Made by a program: the position numbers and the translations under genes. From NCBI GenBank assembly GCA_038087875.1, contig JAXLNO010000041.1, forward strand, positions 62,001 to 126,000: a DNA stretch of 64,000 bases. Direction: 5' to 3'. The notes beneath the pieces were generated by a model. It searched no databases. It had not been told where the DNA came from and was given only the letters and a program-made list of their open reading frames with translations. The first letter of the stretch is position 1, and each line of letters begins with the position of its first letter. The DNA is from Malacoraja senta. Lineage: Eukaryota. Below, in pieces: positions 36,267-50,473 of the stretch.

Positions 36267-37115
36267 ATGCGGCCTTGACAATGGTATTGGCCTTCTTACA
36301 GCTGCAGCTCTCTTAACCGGTAAGTTCACGACGTTTCCAATAATGTAGGGCATGATATTTAAGCAACCAAATACTTGAATGCAACAGAACGACTTTAGAA
36401 AAGGAGTCCGTCTGAGGACAGTAAACGATGAGCGCAGTAGGATAAAAGATGCAGTTTCACAGTAATTGATGTTCGGAAATTTGAGGTGAGTTCCACGTTA
36501 ATTGTTGGAAAGCAGCCCGACGGAGAAGCATCGAAGCCGTTAGAACACACCGGTGGTCCCCGTACGAGTGCTCTACGATTCCCCTTTTCCTCCCCGAAGC
36601 AATAACAACGTCAGTACGATGGAACGGGTTGGATTATCTTTAAAGATAAATTTATTCGGTAATTCCAGCGCCTTTCCGCCATCTTATTAGCTTTAGGGAG
36701 GGGTATGTTTGATGTCATTGTACCTCATATCAGTATGAGGATGAGGGGTATTCTGAAGTATGAGCTGAGTTAGGTGATGTTGTGTTATTTATCCCCGGAC
36801 TCTTGCAGGGAATTGTCGAGGCGACGCCGTTTCTCAGTCAACGCAGCGGTTACAGTGAGTGAAGGGGATGATACAAAATTGAGCTGCAACTATACAGCTA
36901 CAAGCAACGGTCACTCCTGGACTGATCTGGTACCGTCGTATCCCGGCGGATCCCTTGAGTTTCTTCTGCTGAGAACGACATTCAAAGGCGGCCAGAAGAA
37001 CAATGCTGGCAGAACGTTTTTCTGCGGAGCTCAACCATTCGACAGGAACGGTCCCGCTGACGGTATCACAAACGCGGCTCCGAGACGCGGCAATGTAGTT
37101 ACTGCGCCTGAGCCC
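36267..37115 (+). pseudogene. TRAV: Chimeric A' segment with many private indels (error-rich region)
   Basis: Homologous to A' at 20584/60252 but with scattered 1-nt indels in leader, exon and RSS (37116-37153). Confidence 0.55.
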
Positions 37116-37737
37116 CACGGTGCGCAGAATTGGGCTGAGCCTGCACAAAAACCTACAGTGCACCCACTCATGTATCACCGCGTAAACCACAATTTTCTCA
37201 GCATCGGCGCGTCCTCGTTGATTGCTGCACCCGTCCCATCGCCAGTGTGTTTGCTGTCATTAATACTCGATTTTTAATATTAAAAAACCCATGACAATTG
37301 GGTTGAAGAATAGCTTCTAACAAACAAATATTAGGTCTTGAACACTACACAGCACTAACAGAAGAACTATGAAATGTCTGCGGTTGCATTAAGCATTTCA
37401 TGCATCTTATGCACATGGACCTGGTTGTTAATTTATTGAATTTTGTTTATTGTATATTATACTTCAGGCCTTTGCTGTCCTGTGACGCCATGGAACAGAA
37501 AAAAGGAGGTTTGAGATGATTGGCCAACAAAAGCAATGGTGTGATTGGCGAATTAAGAAACTGAGTTAATTCGGGAGTTGGAGAACAAATTTGCTCCGCG
37601 CCGACAGGATGTGACGCTGTCACGAATAAGCCAATGAACGAAGAGCCTAGACCACAGCTCTTTCACAATATCAGATTAAACCTGTTTCCGGTGTGAGCGC
37701 ATTTCAGTTCATATTCACTCTCAATGGCAATTACAAC

Positions 37738-38591
37738 ATGCTGGCCTTGACAATGTATTGGCTTCTACAGCTGCAGCTCTCTTACCGGTAAGTTCACGAG
37801 GTTTCCAATAATGTAGGGCATGATATTTAAGCAACCAAATACCTTGAATGCAACAGAACGACTTTAGAAAGAGGTCCGTCTGAGGACAGTAAACGATGAG
37901 CGCAGTAGGAAAAAAGATGCAGTTTCACAGTAATTGATGTTCGGAAATTTGAGGTGAGTTTCCAGGTTAATTGTTGGAAAGCAGCCCCGACGGAGAAGCA
38001 TCGAAGCGTTAGAACACACCGGTGGTCCCCGTACGAATGCTCTACGATTCCCCTTTTCCTCCCGGAAGCAATAAACGTCGTCCAGTACGATGAAACGGAT
38101 TGGTTTATCTTTAAAGATAAATTACTCGTAATTCCCAGCCGCCTTCCGCCATCGTTATTTAGCTTTAAGGGGAGGGGTATGTTTGATGTCATTGTACTCA
38201 TATCAGTATGAGGATGAGGGGTATTCTGAAGTATGAGCTGAGCTAGGTTATATTGTGTTATTAATCCCCGGACTCTTGCAGGGAATTGTCGAGGCGACGC
38301 CGTTTCTCAGACACCGGCAGCGGTTACAGTGAGTGAAGGGGATGATACAAAATTGAGCTGCAAATATACAGCTACAAGCACGGTATCCCTGGACTAATCT
38401 GGTACCGTCAGTATGCCGGCGGATTGCCATGAGTTTCTGCTGCTCAGAACGAAAATCGAAGCCGCCCAGAAGAACAGTGCCGGTGAAACGTTTTTCTGCG
38501 GAGCTCAACCATTCGACAGGAACGGTCCCGCTGACCGTGGTCACAAACGCGGCTCCGAGACTCGGGCGATGTATTACTGCGCACTGAACCC
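37738..38591 (+). pseudogene. TRAV: Lineage A segment with many private indels (error-rich region)
   Basis: Homologous to A at 147/61734; indels throughout, heptamer reads CACGTGG; nonamer 38620-38628. Confidence 0.55.
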
Positions 38592-39231
38592 CACGTGGCG
38601 CAGTGGTGGCTGAGCCTGCACAAAAACTGCCAGTGCACCCACTCATGTATCACCGCCGTCAGCGCAGCTTTGTCAGCATCGGCGCGTCCTCGTTGATTGC
38701 TGCACCTTCCCAACGCCAGTGTGTTTACTGTCATTAATACTCGATTTTTAAATATTAAAAACCCATGACAATTGGGTGAAGAATAGCTTCTAACAAACCA
38801 AATATTAGTTCTTGAACTCTACACAGCACTGATGAAAAATGAACTATGAAATGTCTTCGCTTGCATTAAGCACTTCATTCATCTTATGCACATGGACTAG
38901 GTTGTTAATTTATTGAATTTGTTTATTGTATATTATACTTCAGGTATATTATACTTCAGGCCTTGCCCCTCCTGTGACGCCGTGGAACAGAAAACAAAGG
39001 AGGTTTGAAATGATTGGGCAACAAAAGCAATGACGTGATTGGCGGAATTAAGAAACTGAGTGAATTAGGGGAGTTGGAGAACAAATTAGCTCCGCGCCGA
39101 CGGGATGTGACGCTGTCAAGAATAAGCCAACGAATGAAGAACCTAGTCCACAGCCCTTTCACAATATCAGATTAAACCTGTTTCCGGGTGAGCGCATTTC
39201 AGTTCATATTCACTCTCAATGCAATTACAAC

Positions 39232-40063
39232 ATGCTGGCCGTGACAATTTATTGGCTTCTTACAGCTGCAGCTCTTTTAACGGGTAAGTACAAGACGTTT
39301 CCAAGCCTGAATATTATATTACTGTGGGGCATGGTATTTAATCAATAAAATGCCTTGCATGCAATGGAATGACTTTAGAAAGTGAGTCAGTGAGGGTACA
39401 ATAAACGAAGAGTACAATAAGAATATAGATGCAGTTCCGACCAAAGTGCTGTAAGGATTTTGAGATGAGTTTCCAGGTATATTAGACCACGCTCGTGTTC
39501 TAAGGTCGTGCGCTCAGCAATTCCTCTCCTCCTCCCGAGATGCAATGATCACGAGCAGGTGGCGATGGAAAGGGGTGGATGATTTTTAAATATAGTTTCA
39601 TTCGGTAATTCACAGCGCGTTTTCTCCCACCTTCATTTAGGTTTGAGTGCAGGGAGATCTTTGTTGCCGTTCTACCTCAGATCAGTACCAGGATAAGGTG
39701 AGCGTGAGCAGAATGCGGTGATATTCTTGTTTTTAACTTCGTTCCCGGACTCTTGCAGAGCATTGTCGAGGCGACGCCGTTTCTCAGACACCAGTAGTGG
39801 TAACAATGAGCGAAGGGGATGATGCCCAGTTGAACTGCAACTATACAGCTACAAGCACGAACAATCTTGTATTAATGTGGTACCGGCAGTATCCCGGCGA
39901 ATCCCTTCAATTTCTGGTTCAGAACGAAATTCGAAGCCGCCCAGAAGAACAGTGCTGGAGAACGTTTGGCTGCGGAGCTCAACCATTTGACAGGAACAGT
40001 CCCGCTGACTGTGTCGCAAACGCGGCTCCGAGACGCGGCGATGTATTACTGCGCCCTGAGTCC
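39232..40063 (+). pseudogene. TRAV: V pseudogene lineage B
   Basis: Same as B at 1629 (YPGES variant); aberrant RSS 40064-40090. Confidence 0.9.
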
Positions 40064-40137
40064 CACGGAGGCAGCGATTGTACATAAACTACCATTTCCG
40101 GATTTCAGTTCATATTCACTCTCCATGTAATTGAAAC

Positions 40138-40838
40138 ATGCTGTCATTGACTATTTATTCGCTTCTTATAGCTGCAGCTCTCTTAACCGGTATGTTCACG
40201 ACGTTTCCAAGCCTGTATATTATGTTACTTTAGGGCATGATATCTCATCAATCAAATACATTGAATGCAATGGAATCACGTTAGAAAGCCATTCAATGGG
40301 AGGATAGTAAGTGAAGAGTACAAAGAGGAATATAGATGCAGTTCCTCAATAGGGATGTGAGGGGATTTGAGGCGTTTCCAGGTTAATAGCTGGAAACTGG
40401 CCCCGGCTGGGTAGAGTCCTGCAGTTGGAACACACCGGTGTTCTACGTAGGAGCGCTCTACGATTCCCCTTTTCCTTCCGGGACGCAATGATGACGAGCG
40501 GAGTGCGATGGAAAGGGTTGGATGATCTTTAAAGATAATTTCATTCGGTAATTGCCAGCGCCTACCCCCCACCTTTATGTAGCTTTTAGGGGAGGGGTAT
40601 CATTAATGCCATTGCACCTCGAATCAGTACCAGGATAGGGGGTATTTTCGAATATGAACACAGTAAGGTGATGTTCCGTTGTTTAACTTCGTCCCCGGAT
40701 TCTTGCAGGGCATTGTCGAGGCGACGCCGTTTCTCAGACCCCAGCAATGATAACAGTGAGTGAAGGCGATGACGCACCGTTGAAGTGCAACTACACAGCT
40801 ACAATCACGAGCAATCTTGGACTAATCTGGTACCGTCA
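40138..40838 (+). pseudogene. TRAV: V pseudogene lineage C (truncated)
   Basis: Copy of 2535-3235 at +37,603. Confidence 0.9.
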
Positions 40839-40839
40839 T

Positions 40840-41257
40840 GGCCCTGTCCCACGGTGCGAGTCCACCCACGTGTGATCCCGAGTTTAAAACAAATCAAACT
40901 CGTGGTAATCACGTAGCGGGAACGTCGGAACTCGTAACTCTAACGGCAGGTACTCGGGAAACTTGTTAACTCGTGAAAATCTTTCAACATGCTGAAAGAT
41001 TTCCACGAGTCAGAGTTAAACTTGAAGTAAAAAAATTAAACTTTTAAACTCGTTGTAAGAACGTAGTAGCCCGTGAGTTTACCGTAGTGACTCGTGAGTC
41101 TACCGTGGGCACTCTTTAACTCAGCTGGACAGGCAGCATCTCTGCAGAGATGGAATGGGTGACGGGATGACGTTTCCAAAATTCTGCTGCGTCTTTGTGT
41201 TACTCCAGCACTGTGTGTTCACTTTTTGTCAACCAGCATCTGCCCTTTCTTGTGTAT
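40840..41257. mobile_element. Copy of MITE-like plus repeat-remnant insertion
   Basis: Copy of 3237-3654. Confidence 0.6.
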
Positions 41258-41711
41258 GACATTATTTGTATCCGTGGCAGTTGATTGTCGCTCAAATACC
41301 AGGCTTTTAAACACGGCAGAACACTAACCTATGAACTATGAACTGTCTTTCGGTGCACTTAGCAATTCAAGCTTTTTAATGCACATGGATTACGTTATTA
41401 ATTTATTGTATTTTGTTTATTATTTATCATACTTCAGGCCTTGTCTCTCCTGTGACTTCATGAAACAGAAAACAAAGGAGGTTTGAGATGATTGGCAACT
41501 GAGAAGCAGTGAGTTGATTGGCGGAATTCAGCGAGTGAGGTAAGTCGGGGGGGTTGGAGAACACATTCGCTCTGTGCCGAGGGGATGTGCCGTCGTCAAA
41601 AATAAACCAATGAATTGAGAACCTAGACCACAGCTCTTTCACAATATCCGATTAAACATATTTCCCGATGAGAACATTTCAGTTCATATTCACTCTCAAA
41701 GCAATCACAAC

Positions 41712-42454
41712 ATGTTGGCCGTGATTATTTATTCTCTTCTTGCAGCTGCAGCTCTCTTAACCGGTAGGTGCACGGCGTTTCCGACCCTGGATATTATATT
41801 ACTACGGGGCATGATATTTAATCAATCAACTAGTTTGAATGCAATAGAATGACTTAAGAAAGGGAGTCACACCCATGTTCTACGGACGAGTGCTGAAAGA
41901 TTCTCTTTTCTCCCTCCCAAGACAGAATGATGACGAGCAGAGGGCAATGGAAAGGGTTACATGATCTTTAAAGACAATTTAATTCAGTAATTCCCAGTGC
42001 TTTCCCGCCACCTTGATGTGGGTTTTAGGGGAGAGTATTCTTTGCTGCCGTTGTGCCTCAGATCAGTATCAAGATATGCGGCATTTTCCAGTATCAACAT
42101 ATTGGGATAATGCAATGTAATTTAATTTCTTTCCCTGGCCCTTGCAGGACATTGTCGAGGCGATGCCGTTTCTCAGACACCAGTAGTGGAAACAGTAAAT
42201 GAAGGGGATGATGCCCAGTTGAATTGCAACTATACAGCTACAAGCACGAGCGTCCATGGACTAATCTGGTACCGTCAGTATCCCGGCGGATCCCTTGAGT
42301 TTCTGCTGCTCAGAACGACATTCAAAGGCGGCCAGAAGAACAATGCCGGGGAACGTTTTTCTGCGGAGCTCAACCAGTTGACAGGAACGGTCCCGCTGAC
42401 CGTGTCACAAACGCGGCTCCGAGACTCGGCCATGTATTACTGCGCTCTGAACCC
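41712..42454 (+). CDS. TRAV: V segment lineage D, open, heptamer TACGGTG
   Basis: V exon 42148-42454, RSS 42455-42493 begins TAC. Confidence 0.85.
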
Positions 42455-43065
42455 TACGGTGGCGCAGAATTGGGCTGAGCCTGTACAAAAATTATCTGAG
42501 AACCCCGTCAGGAATCAGCGCGTAAGCGCAGCTTTGTCAGCATCGGCGCGTCCTCGTTGATTGCTGCACCCGTCCCAACGCCAGTGTGGTTGCTGCCATT
42601 AATACTCGATTTTAAACATTAAAAACCCATGACAATTGAGTTGAAGAATAGCTTCTAACAAACAGACATTAGGTTCGTGAACACTCCACAGCACTAACAG
42701 ATGAACTATGAACTGTCTGTGGTTGCATTAAGCAGTTCATAACTTATCCACATGGACTAGGTTGTTAATTTATTGAATTGTGTTTATTATTTGTCATACT
42801 GCATACTATGACGCATGGGACAGAAAACAAAGGGAGGTTTGAGATGATTGGGCATCAAAAGCAATGATGCGATTGGCGGAATTAAGAAACAATGTTAATT
42901 CGGGGAGTTGGAGAACAAATTAGCTCTTCGCTGATGGGACGTGACGCTGTCAAGAATAAGCCAATGAATAGAGAGCCGAGACCACAGCTCTTTCACAATA
43001 TCAGATTAAACCTGTTTCCGTGTGAGACCATTTTGGTTCATATTCACTCTCAATGCAATTACAAC

Positions 43066-43939
43066 ATGCTGACCGTGACAATTTATTGTCTTCTTGCAGC
43101 CTGCAGCTCTCTTAACGGGTAAGTTCAGGACGTTTCGAAGCCTGTACATTATATTACTGTAGGGCATGGTATTTAATCAATGAAATACTCTGCATGCAAT
43201 AGAATGACTTTAGAATGGGAATCAGCGATGAGGACTAAACGAAGAGCACAATAAGAATATGGATGCTGTTCCCCACAAAGTGATGTTAGGAAATTTGAGG
43301 TGAATTCCAGAAATATTGTTGGAAACCAGCGCCTATGGTGAAGCATCCGGAGAGTTAGAAACTCCCTTGTGCTAAGTACTAGCGCTCAGCGATTCCTCTT
43401 CCCCTCTCGAGATCCAATGATGACGAGCAGATGGCGATGGAAAGGGGCGGATGATTTTTTAAAGATAATTTCATTCGGTTATTCACAGCGCCTTTCCCCC
43501 CCATCTTTGTTTAGCTTTTAGGGGAGGGAGATCTTTGTTGCCGTTCTACCTCAGATCAGTATAATTAATATGAATATGAGCAGAATGAGGTGATGTTTGT
43601 GTTTTCTAACCTCGTACCCGGGCTCTTGCAGGATATTGTAGAGGCGACGCCGTTTCTCAGACACCAGTAGTGGTAACAGTGAGTGAAGGGGAAGATGCAC
43701 AGTTGAACTGCAACTATACAACTGCAAGCACGAGTATTCTTGGACTAATCTGGTACCGTCAGTATCCCGGCGGATCCCTTGAGTTTCTGCTGCTCAGAAC
43801 GAAAATCGAAGCCGTCCAGAAGAACAATGCTGGAGAACGTTTTTCTGCGGAGCTCAACCATTCGACAGGAACGGTCCCGCTGACGGTATCACAAACGCGG
43901 CTCCGAGACGCGGCAATGTTATTACTGCGCCCTGAACCC
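43066..43939 (+). pseudogene. TRAV: Lineage E segment with private 1-nt insertions (probably sequence error)
   Basis: Extra C in leader (GCAGCCTGCAG) and extra T at ATGTTATTACTGC; otherwise equals E at 19089; RSS 43940-43978. Confidence 0.55.
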
Positions 43940-44563
43940 CACGGTGGCGCAGAATTGGGCTGAGCCTGCACAAAAACTACCAGTGCACCCACTCATGTAT
44001 CACCGCGTAAACACAACTTTCTCAGCATCGGCGCGTCCTCGTTGATTGCTGCACCCGTCCCATCGCCAGTGTGTTTGCTGTCATTAATACTCGATTTTTA
44101 AATATTAAAAAACCCATGACAATTAGGTTGAAGAATAGCTTCTAACAAACAAATATTAGGTTCTTGAACACTACAAAGCACTAACAGAAGAACTATGAAA
44201 TGTCTTCGGTTGCATTAAGCATTTCATGCATCTTATGCACATGGACTTGGTTGTTAATTTATTGAATTTTGTTTATTGTTTATTATACTTCAGGCCTTGC
44301 CCCTCCTGTGAAGCCATGGAACAGAAAAAAAGGAGGGTTGAGATGATTGGCCAACAAAAGCAATGGTGTGATTGGCGAATTAAGAAACTGAGTTAATTCG
44401 GGGAGTTGGAGAACAAATTAGCTCCGCGCCAACAGGATGTGACGCTGTCACGAATAAGCCAATCAATGAAGAGCCTAGACCACAGCTCTTTCACAATATC
44501 AGATTAAACCTGTTCCGGGTGAGCGCATTTCAGTTTCATATTCACTCTCAATGCAATTACAAC

Positions 44564-45420
44564 ACTGGCCTTGACAATGTATTGGCTTCTTACAGCTGCA
44601 GCTCTCTTAACCGGTAAGTTCACGACGTTTCCAATAATGTAGGGCATGATATTTAAGCAACCAAATACCTTGAATGCAACAGAACGACTTTAGAAAAGGA
44701 GTCCGTCTGAGGACAGTAAACGATGAGCGCAGTAGGATAAAAGATGCTGTTTCACAGTAATTGATGTTCGGAAATTTGAGGTGAGTTTCCACGTTAATTG
44801 TTGGAAAGCAGCCCCGACGGAGAAGCATCGAAGCGTTAGAACACACCGGTGGTCCCCGTACGAGTGCTCTACGATTCCCCTTTTCCTCCCCGGAAGCAAT
44901 AACAACGTCCAGTACGATGGAACGGGTTGGATTATCTTTAAAGATAAATTTATTCGGTAATTCCCAGCGCCTTTCCGCCCATCTTTATTTAGCTTTTAGG
45001 GGAGGGGTATGTTTGATGTCATTGTACCTCATATCAGTATGAGGATGAGGGGTATTCTGAAGTATGAGCTGAGTTAGGTGATGTTGTGTTATTTATCCCC
45101 GGACTCTTGCAGGGAATTGTCGAGGCGACGCCGTTTCTCAGTCAACGGCAGCGGTTACAGTGAGTGAAGGGGATGATACAAAATTGAGCATGCAACTATA
45201 CAGCTACAAGCACGGTCACTCCTGGACTGATCTGGTACCGTCGGTATCCCGGCGGATCCCTTGAGTTTCTTCTGCTGAGAACGACATTCAAAGGCGGCCA
45301 GAAGAACAATGCTGGAGAACGTTTTTCTGCGGAGCTCAACCATTCGACAGGAACGGTCCCGCTGACGGTATCACAAACGCGGCTCCGAGACGCGGCAATG
45401 TATTACTGCGCCCTGAGCCC
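44564..45420 (+). pseudogene. TRAV: Chimeric A' segment with private indels (ATG lost, FR1 insertion; probably sequence error)
   Basis: AACACTGGCC instead of AACATGCTGGCC; GAGCATGC instead of GAGCTGC; otherwise equals A' at 20584; RSS 45421-45459. Confidence 0.55.
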
Positions 45421-46044
45421 CACGGTGGCGCAGAATTGGGCTGAGCCTGCACAAAAACTACCAGTGCACCCACTCATGTATCACCGCGTAAACACAACTT
45501 TCTCAGCATCGGCGCGTCCTCGTTGATTGCTGCACCCGTCCCATCGCCAGTGTGTTTGCTGTCATTAATACTCGATTTTTAAATATTAAAAAACCCATGA
45601 CAATTGGGTTGAAGAATAGCTTCTAACAAACAAATATTAGGTTCTTGAACACTACACAGCACTAACAGAAGAACTATGAAATGTCTGCGGTTGCATTAAG
45701 CATTTCATGCATCTTATGCACATGGACCTGGTTGTTAATTTATTGAATTTTGTTTATTGTATATTATACTTCAGGCCTTGCCTGTCCTGTGACGCCATGG
45801 AACAGAAAAAAGGAGGGTTGAGATGATTGGCCAACAAAAGCAATGGTGTGATTGGCGGAATTAAGAAACTGAGTTAATTCGGGGAGTTGGAGAACAAATT
45901 AGCTCCGCGCCGACAGGATGTGACGCTGTCACGAATAAGCCAATGAATGAAGAGCCTAGACCACAGCTCTTTCACAATATCAGATTAAACCTGTTTCCGG
46001 GTGAGCGCATTTCAGTTCATATTCACTCTCAATGCAATTACAAC

Positions 46045-46902
46045 ATGCTGGCCTTGACAATGTATTGGCTTCTTACAGCTGCAGCTCTCTTAACCGGTAA
46101 GTTCCCGACGTTTCCAATAATGTAGGGCATGATATTTAAGCAACCAAATACCTTGAATGCAACAGAACGACTTTAGAAAAGGAGTCCGTCTGAGGACAGT
46201 AAACGATGAGCGCAGTAGGATAAAAGATGCAGTTTCACAGTAATTGATGTTCGGAAATTTGGTGTGAGTTTCCACGTTAATTGTTGGAAAGCAGCCCCGA
46301 CGGAGAAGCATCGAAGCGTTAGAACACACCGGTGGTCCCCGTACGAGTGCTCTACGATTCCCCTTTTCCTCCCCGGAAGCAATAACAACGTCCAGTACGA
46401 TGGAACGGGTTGGATTATCTTTAAAGATAAATTTATTCGGTAATTCCCAGCGCCTTTCCGCCCAGCTTTATTTAGCTTTTAGGGGAGGGGTATGTTTGAT
46501 GTCATTGTACCTCATATCAGTATGAGGATGAGGGGTATTCTGAAGTATGAGCTGAGTTAGGTGATGTTGTGTTATTTATCCCCGGACTCTTGCAGGGAAT
46601 TGTCGAGGCGACGCCGTTTCTCAGTCAACGGCAGCGGTTACAGTGAGTGAAGGGGATGATACAAAATTGAGCTGCAACTATACAGCTACAAGCACGGTCA
46701 CTCCTGGACTGATCTGGTACCGTCGGTATCCCGGCGGATCCCTTGAGTTTCTGCTGCTCAGAACGAAAATCGAAGCCGTCCAGAAGAACAATGCTGGAGA
46801 ACGTTTTTCTGCGGAGCTCAACCATTCGACAGGAACGGTCCCGCTGACGGTATCACAAACGCGGCTCCGAGACGCGGCAATGTATTACTGCGCCCTAAAC
46901 CC
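46045..46902 (+). CDS. TRAV: Chimeric V segment A' (A 5' half, E 3' half)
   Basis: Duplicate of 22066 gene; V exon 46596-46902; RSS 46903-46941. Confidence 0.87.
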
Positions 46903-47517
46903 CACGGTGGCGCAGAATTGGGCTGAGCCTGCACAAAAACTACCAGTGCACCCACTCATGTATCACCGCGTAAACACAACTTTCTCAGCATCGGCGCGTC
47001 CTCGTTGATTGCTGCACCCGTCCCATCGCCAGTGTCATTAATACTCGATTTTTAAATATTAAAAAACCCATGACAATTGGGTTGAAGAATAGCTTCTAAC
47101 AAACAAATATTAGGTTCTTGAACACTACACAGCACTAACAGAAGAACTATGAAATGTCTTCGGTTGCATTAAGCATTTCATGCATCTTATGCACATGGAC
47201 TTGGTTGTTAATTTATTGAATTTTGTTTATTGTATATTATACTTCAGGCCTTGCCCCTCCTGTGACGCCATGGAACAGAAAAAAGGAGGGTTGAGATGAT
47301 TGGCCAACAAAAGCAATGGTGTGATTGGCGGAATTAAGAAACTGAGTTAATTCGGGGAGTTGGAGAACAAATTAGCTCCGCGCCGACAGGATGAGACGCT
47401 GTCACGAATAAGCCAATGAATGAAGAGCCTAGACCACAGCTCTTTCACAATATCAGATTAAACCTGTTTCCGGGTGAGCGCATTTCAGTTCATATTCACT
47501 CTCAATGCAATTACAAC

Positions 47518-48375
47518 ATGCTGGCCTTGACAATGTATTGGCTTCTTACAGCTGCAGCTCTCTTAACCGGTAAGTTCACGACGTTTCCAATAATGTAGGG
47601 CATGATATTTAAGCAACCAAATACCTTGAATGCAACAGAACGACTTTAGAAAAGGAGTCCGTCTGAGGACAGTAAACGATGAGCGCAGTAGGATAAAAGA
47701 TGCAGTTTCACAGTAATTGATGTTCGGAAATTTGATGTGAGTTTGCACGTTAATTGTTGGAAAGCAGCCCCGACGGAGAAGCATCGAAGCGTTAGAACAC
47801 ACCGGTGGTCCCCGTACGAGTGCTCTACGATTCCCCTTTTCCTCCCCGGAAGCAATAACAACGTCCAGTACGATGGAACGGGCTGGATTATCTTTAAAGA
47901 TAAATTTATTCGGTAATTCCCAGCGCCTTTCCGCCCATCTTTATTTAGCTTTTAGGGGAGGGGTATGTTTGATGTCATTGTACCTCATATCAGTATGAGG
48001 ATGAGGGGTATTCTGAAGTATGAGCTGAGTTAGGTGATGTTGTGTTATTTATCCCCGGACTCTTGCAGGGAATTGTCGAGGCGACGCCGTTTCTCAGTCA
48101 ACGGCAGCGGTTACAGTGAGTGAAGGGGATGATACAAAATTGAGCTGCAACTATACAGCTACAAGCACGGTCACTCCTGGACTGATCTGGTACCGTCGGT
48201 ATCCCGGCGGATCCCTTGAGTTTCTTCTGCTGAGAACGACATTCAAAGGCGGCCAGAAGAGCAATGCCGGGGAACGTTTTTCTGCGGAGCTCAAACATTT
48301 GAGAGGAACGGTCCCGCTGACCGTGTCACAATTGCGGCTCCGAGACTCGGCGATGTATTACTGCGCTCCGAACCC
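47518..48375 (+). CDS. TRAV: Chimeric V segment A' (D-type 3' part; CACGGTA)
   Basis: Duplicate of 23539 gene; V exon 48069-48375; RSS 48376-48414. Confidence 0.86.
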
Positions 48376-48987
48376 CACGGTAGCGCAGAAATGGGCTGAG
48401 CCTGTACAAAAATTATCTGAGAACCCCGTCAGGAATCAGCGCGTAAGCGCAGCTTTGTCAGCATCGGCGCGTCCTCGTTGATTGCTGCACCCGTCCCAAC
48501 GCCAGTGTGGTTGCTGCCATTAATACACGTTTTTTAAACATTAAAAACCCATGACAATTGAGTTGAACAATAGCTTCTAACAAACAGACATTAGGTTCGT
48601 GAACACTCCACAGCACTAACAGATGAACTATGAACTGTCTGTGGTTGCATTAAGCAGTTCATAACTTATGCACATGGACTAGGTTGTTAATTGATTGAAT
48701 TGTGTTTATTATTTCTCATACTGCATACGATGACGCCATGGGACAGAACGCAAAGGAGGTTTGAGATGATTGGGCAACAAATGCAGGGATGTGATTGGCG
48801 GAATTAAGAAACAATGTTAATTCGGGGAGTTGGAGAACAAATTAGCTCTGGGCTGAGGGGACGTGACGCTGTCAAGAATAAGCCAATGAATAGAGAGCCG
48901 AGACCACAGCTCTTTCACAATATCAGATTAAACTTGTTTCCGGGTGAGACCATTTCAGTTCATATTCACTCTCAATGCAATTACAAC

Positions 48988-49858
48988 ATGCTGACCGTGA
49001 CAATTTATTGTCTTCTTGCAGCTGCAGCTCTCTTAACGGGTAAGTTCAGGACGTTTCGAAGCCTGTACATTATATTACTGTAGGGCATGGCATTTAATCA
49101 ATGAAATACCCGGCATGCAATAGAATGACTTTAGAATGGGAATCAGTGAGAGGACTAAACGAAGAGCACAATAAGAATATAGATGCTGTTCCCCACAAAG
49201 TGATGTTAGGAAATTTGAGGTGAATTCCCAGAAATATTGTTGGAAACCAGCGCCTATGGTGAAGCATCGGAGAGTTAGAAAACTCCCTTGTGCTAAGTAC
49301 TAGCGCTCAGCGATTCCTCTTCCCCTCTCGAGATCCAATGATGACGAGCAGATGGCGATGGAAAGGGGCGGATGATTTTTTAAAGATCATTTCATTCGGT
49401 TATTCACAGCGCCTTCCCCCCCCATCTTTATTTAGCTTTTAGGGGATGGAGATCTTTGTTGCCGTTCTACCTCAGATCAGTATAATTAATATGAATATGA
49501 GCAGAATGAGGTGATGTTGTGTTTTCTAACCTCGTACCCGGGCTCTTGCAGGATATTGTAGAGGCGACGCCGTTTCTCAGACACCATTAGTGGTAACAGT
49601 GAGTGAAGGGGAAGATGCACAGTTGAACTGCAACTATACAACTGCAAGCACGAGCATTCTTGGACTAATCTGGTACCGTCAGTATCCCGGCGGATCCCTT
49701 GAGTTTCTGCTGCTCAGAACGAAAATCGAAGCCGTCCAGAAGAACAATGCTGGAGAACGTTTTTCTGCGGAGCTCAACCATTCGACAGGAACGGTCCCGC
49801 TGACGGTATCACAAACGCGGCTCCGAGACGCGGCAATGTATTACTGCGCCCAGAGCCC
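48988..49858 (+). CDS. TRAV: V segment lineage E (YYCAQSP)
   Basis: Duplicate of 25009 gene; V exon 49552-49858; RSS 49859-49897. Confidence 0.87.
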
Positions 49859-50473
49859 CACGGTGGCGCAGAATTGGGTTGAGCCTGCACAAAAACTACC
49901 AGTGCACCCACTCATGTATCACCGCGTAAACACAACTTTCTCAGCATCGGCGCGTCCTCGTTCATTGCTGCACCCGTCCCATCGCCAGTGTCATTAATAC
50001 TCGATTTTTAAATATTAAAAAACCCATGACAATTGGGTTGAAGAATAGCTTCTAACAAACAAATATTAGGTTCTTGAACACTACACAGCACTAACAGAAG
50101 AACTATGAAATGTCTTCGGTTGCATTAAGCATTTCATGCATCTTATGCACATGGACTTGGTTGTTAATTTATTGAATTTTGTTTATTGTATATTATACTT
50201 CAGGCCTTGCCCCTCCTGTGACGCCATGGAACAGAAAAAAGGAGGGTTGAGATGATTGGCCAACAAAAGCAATGGTGTGATTGGCGGAATTAAGAAACTG
50301 AGTTAATTCGGGGAGTTGGAGAACAAATTTGCTCCGCGCCGACAGGATGTGACGCTGTCACGAATAAGCCAATGAATGAAGAGCCTAGACCACAGCTCTT
50401 TCACAATATCAGATTAAACCTGTTTCCGGGTGAGCGCATTTCAGTTCATATTCACTCTCACTGCAATTACAAC

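Noticed and set aside
36774-37277. 167-aa ORF suggesting a novel longer V protein
   Set aside because: It is a frame-hopping product of private indels in the error-rich region, stitched from intron, V and tail sequence.
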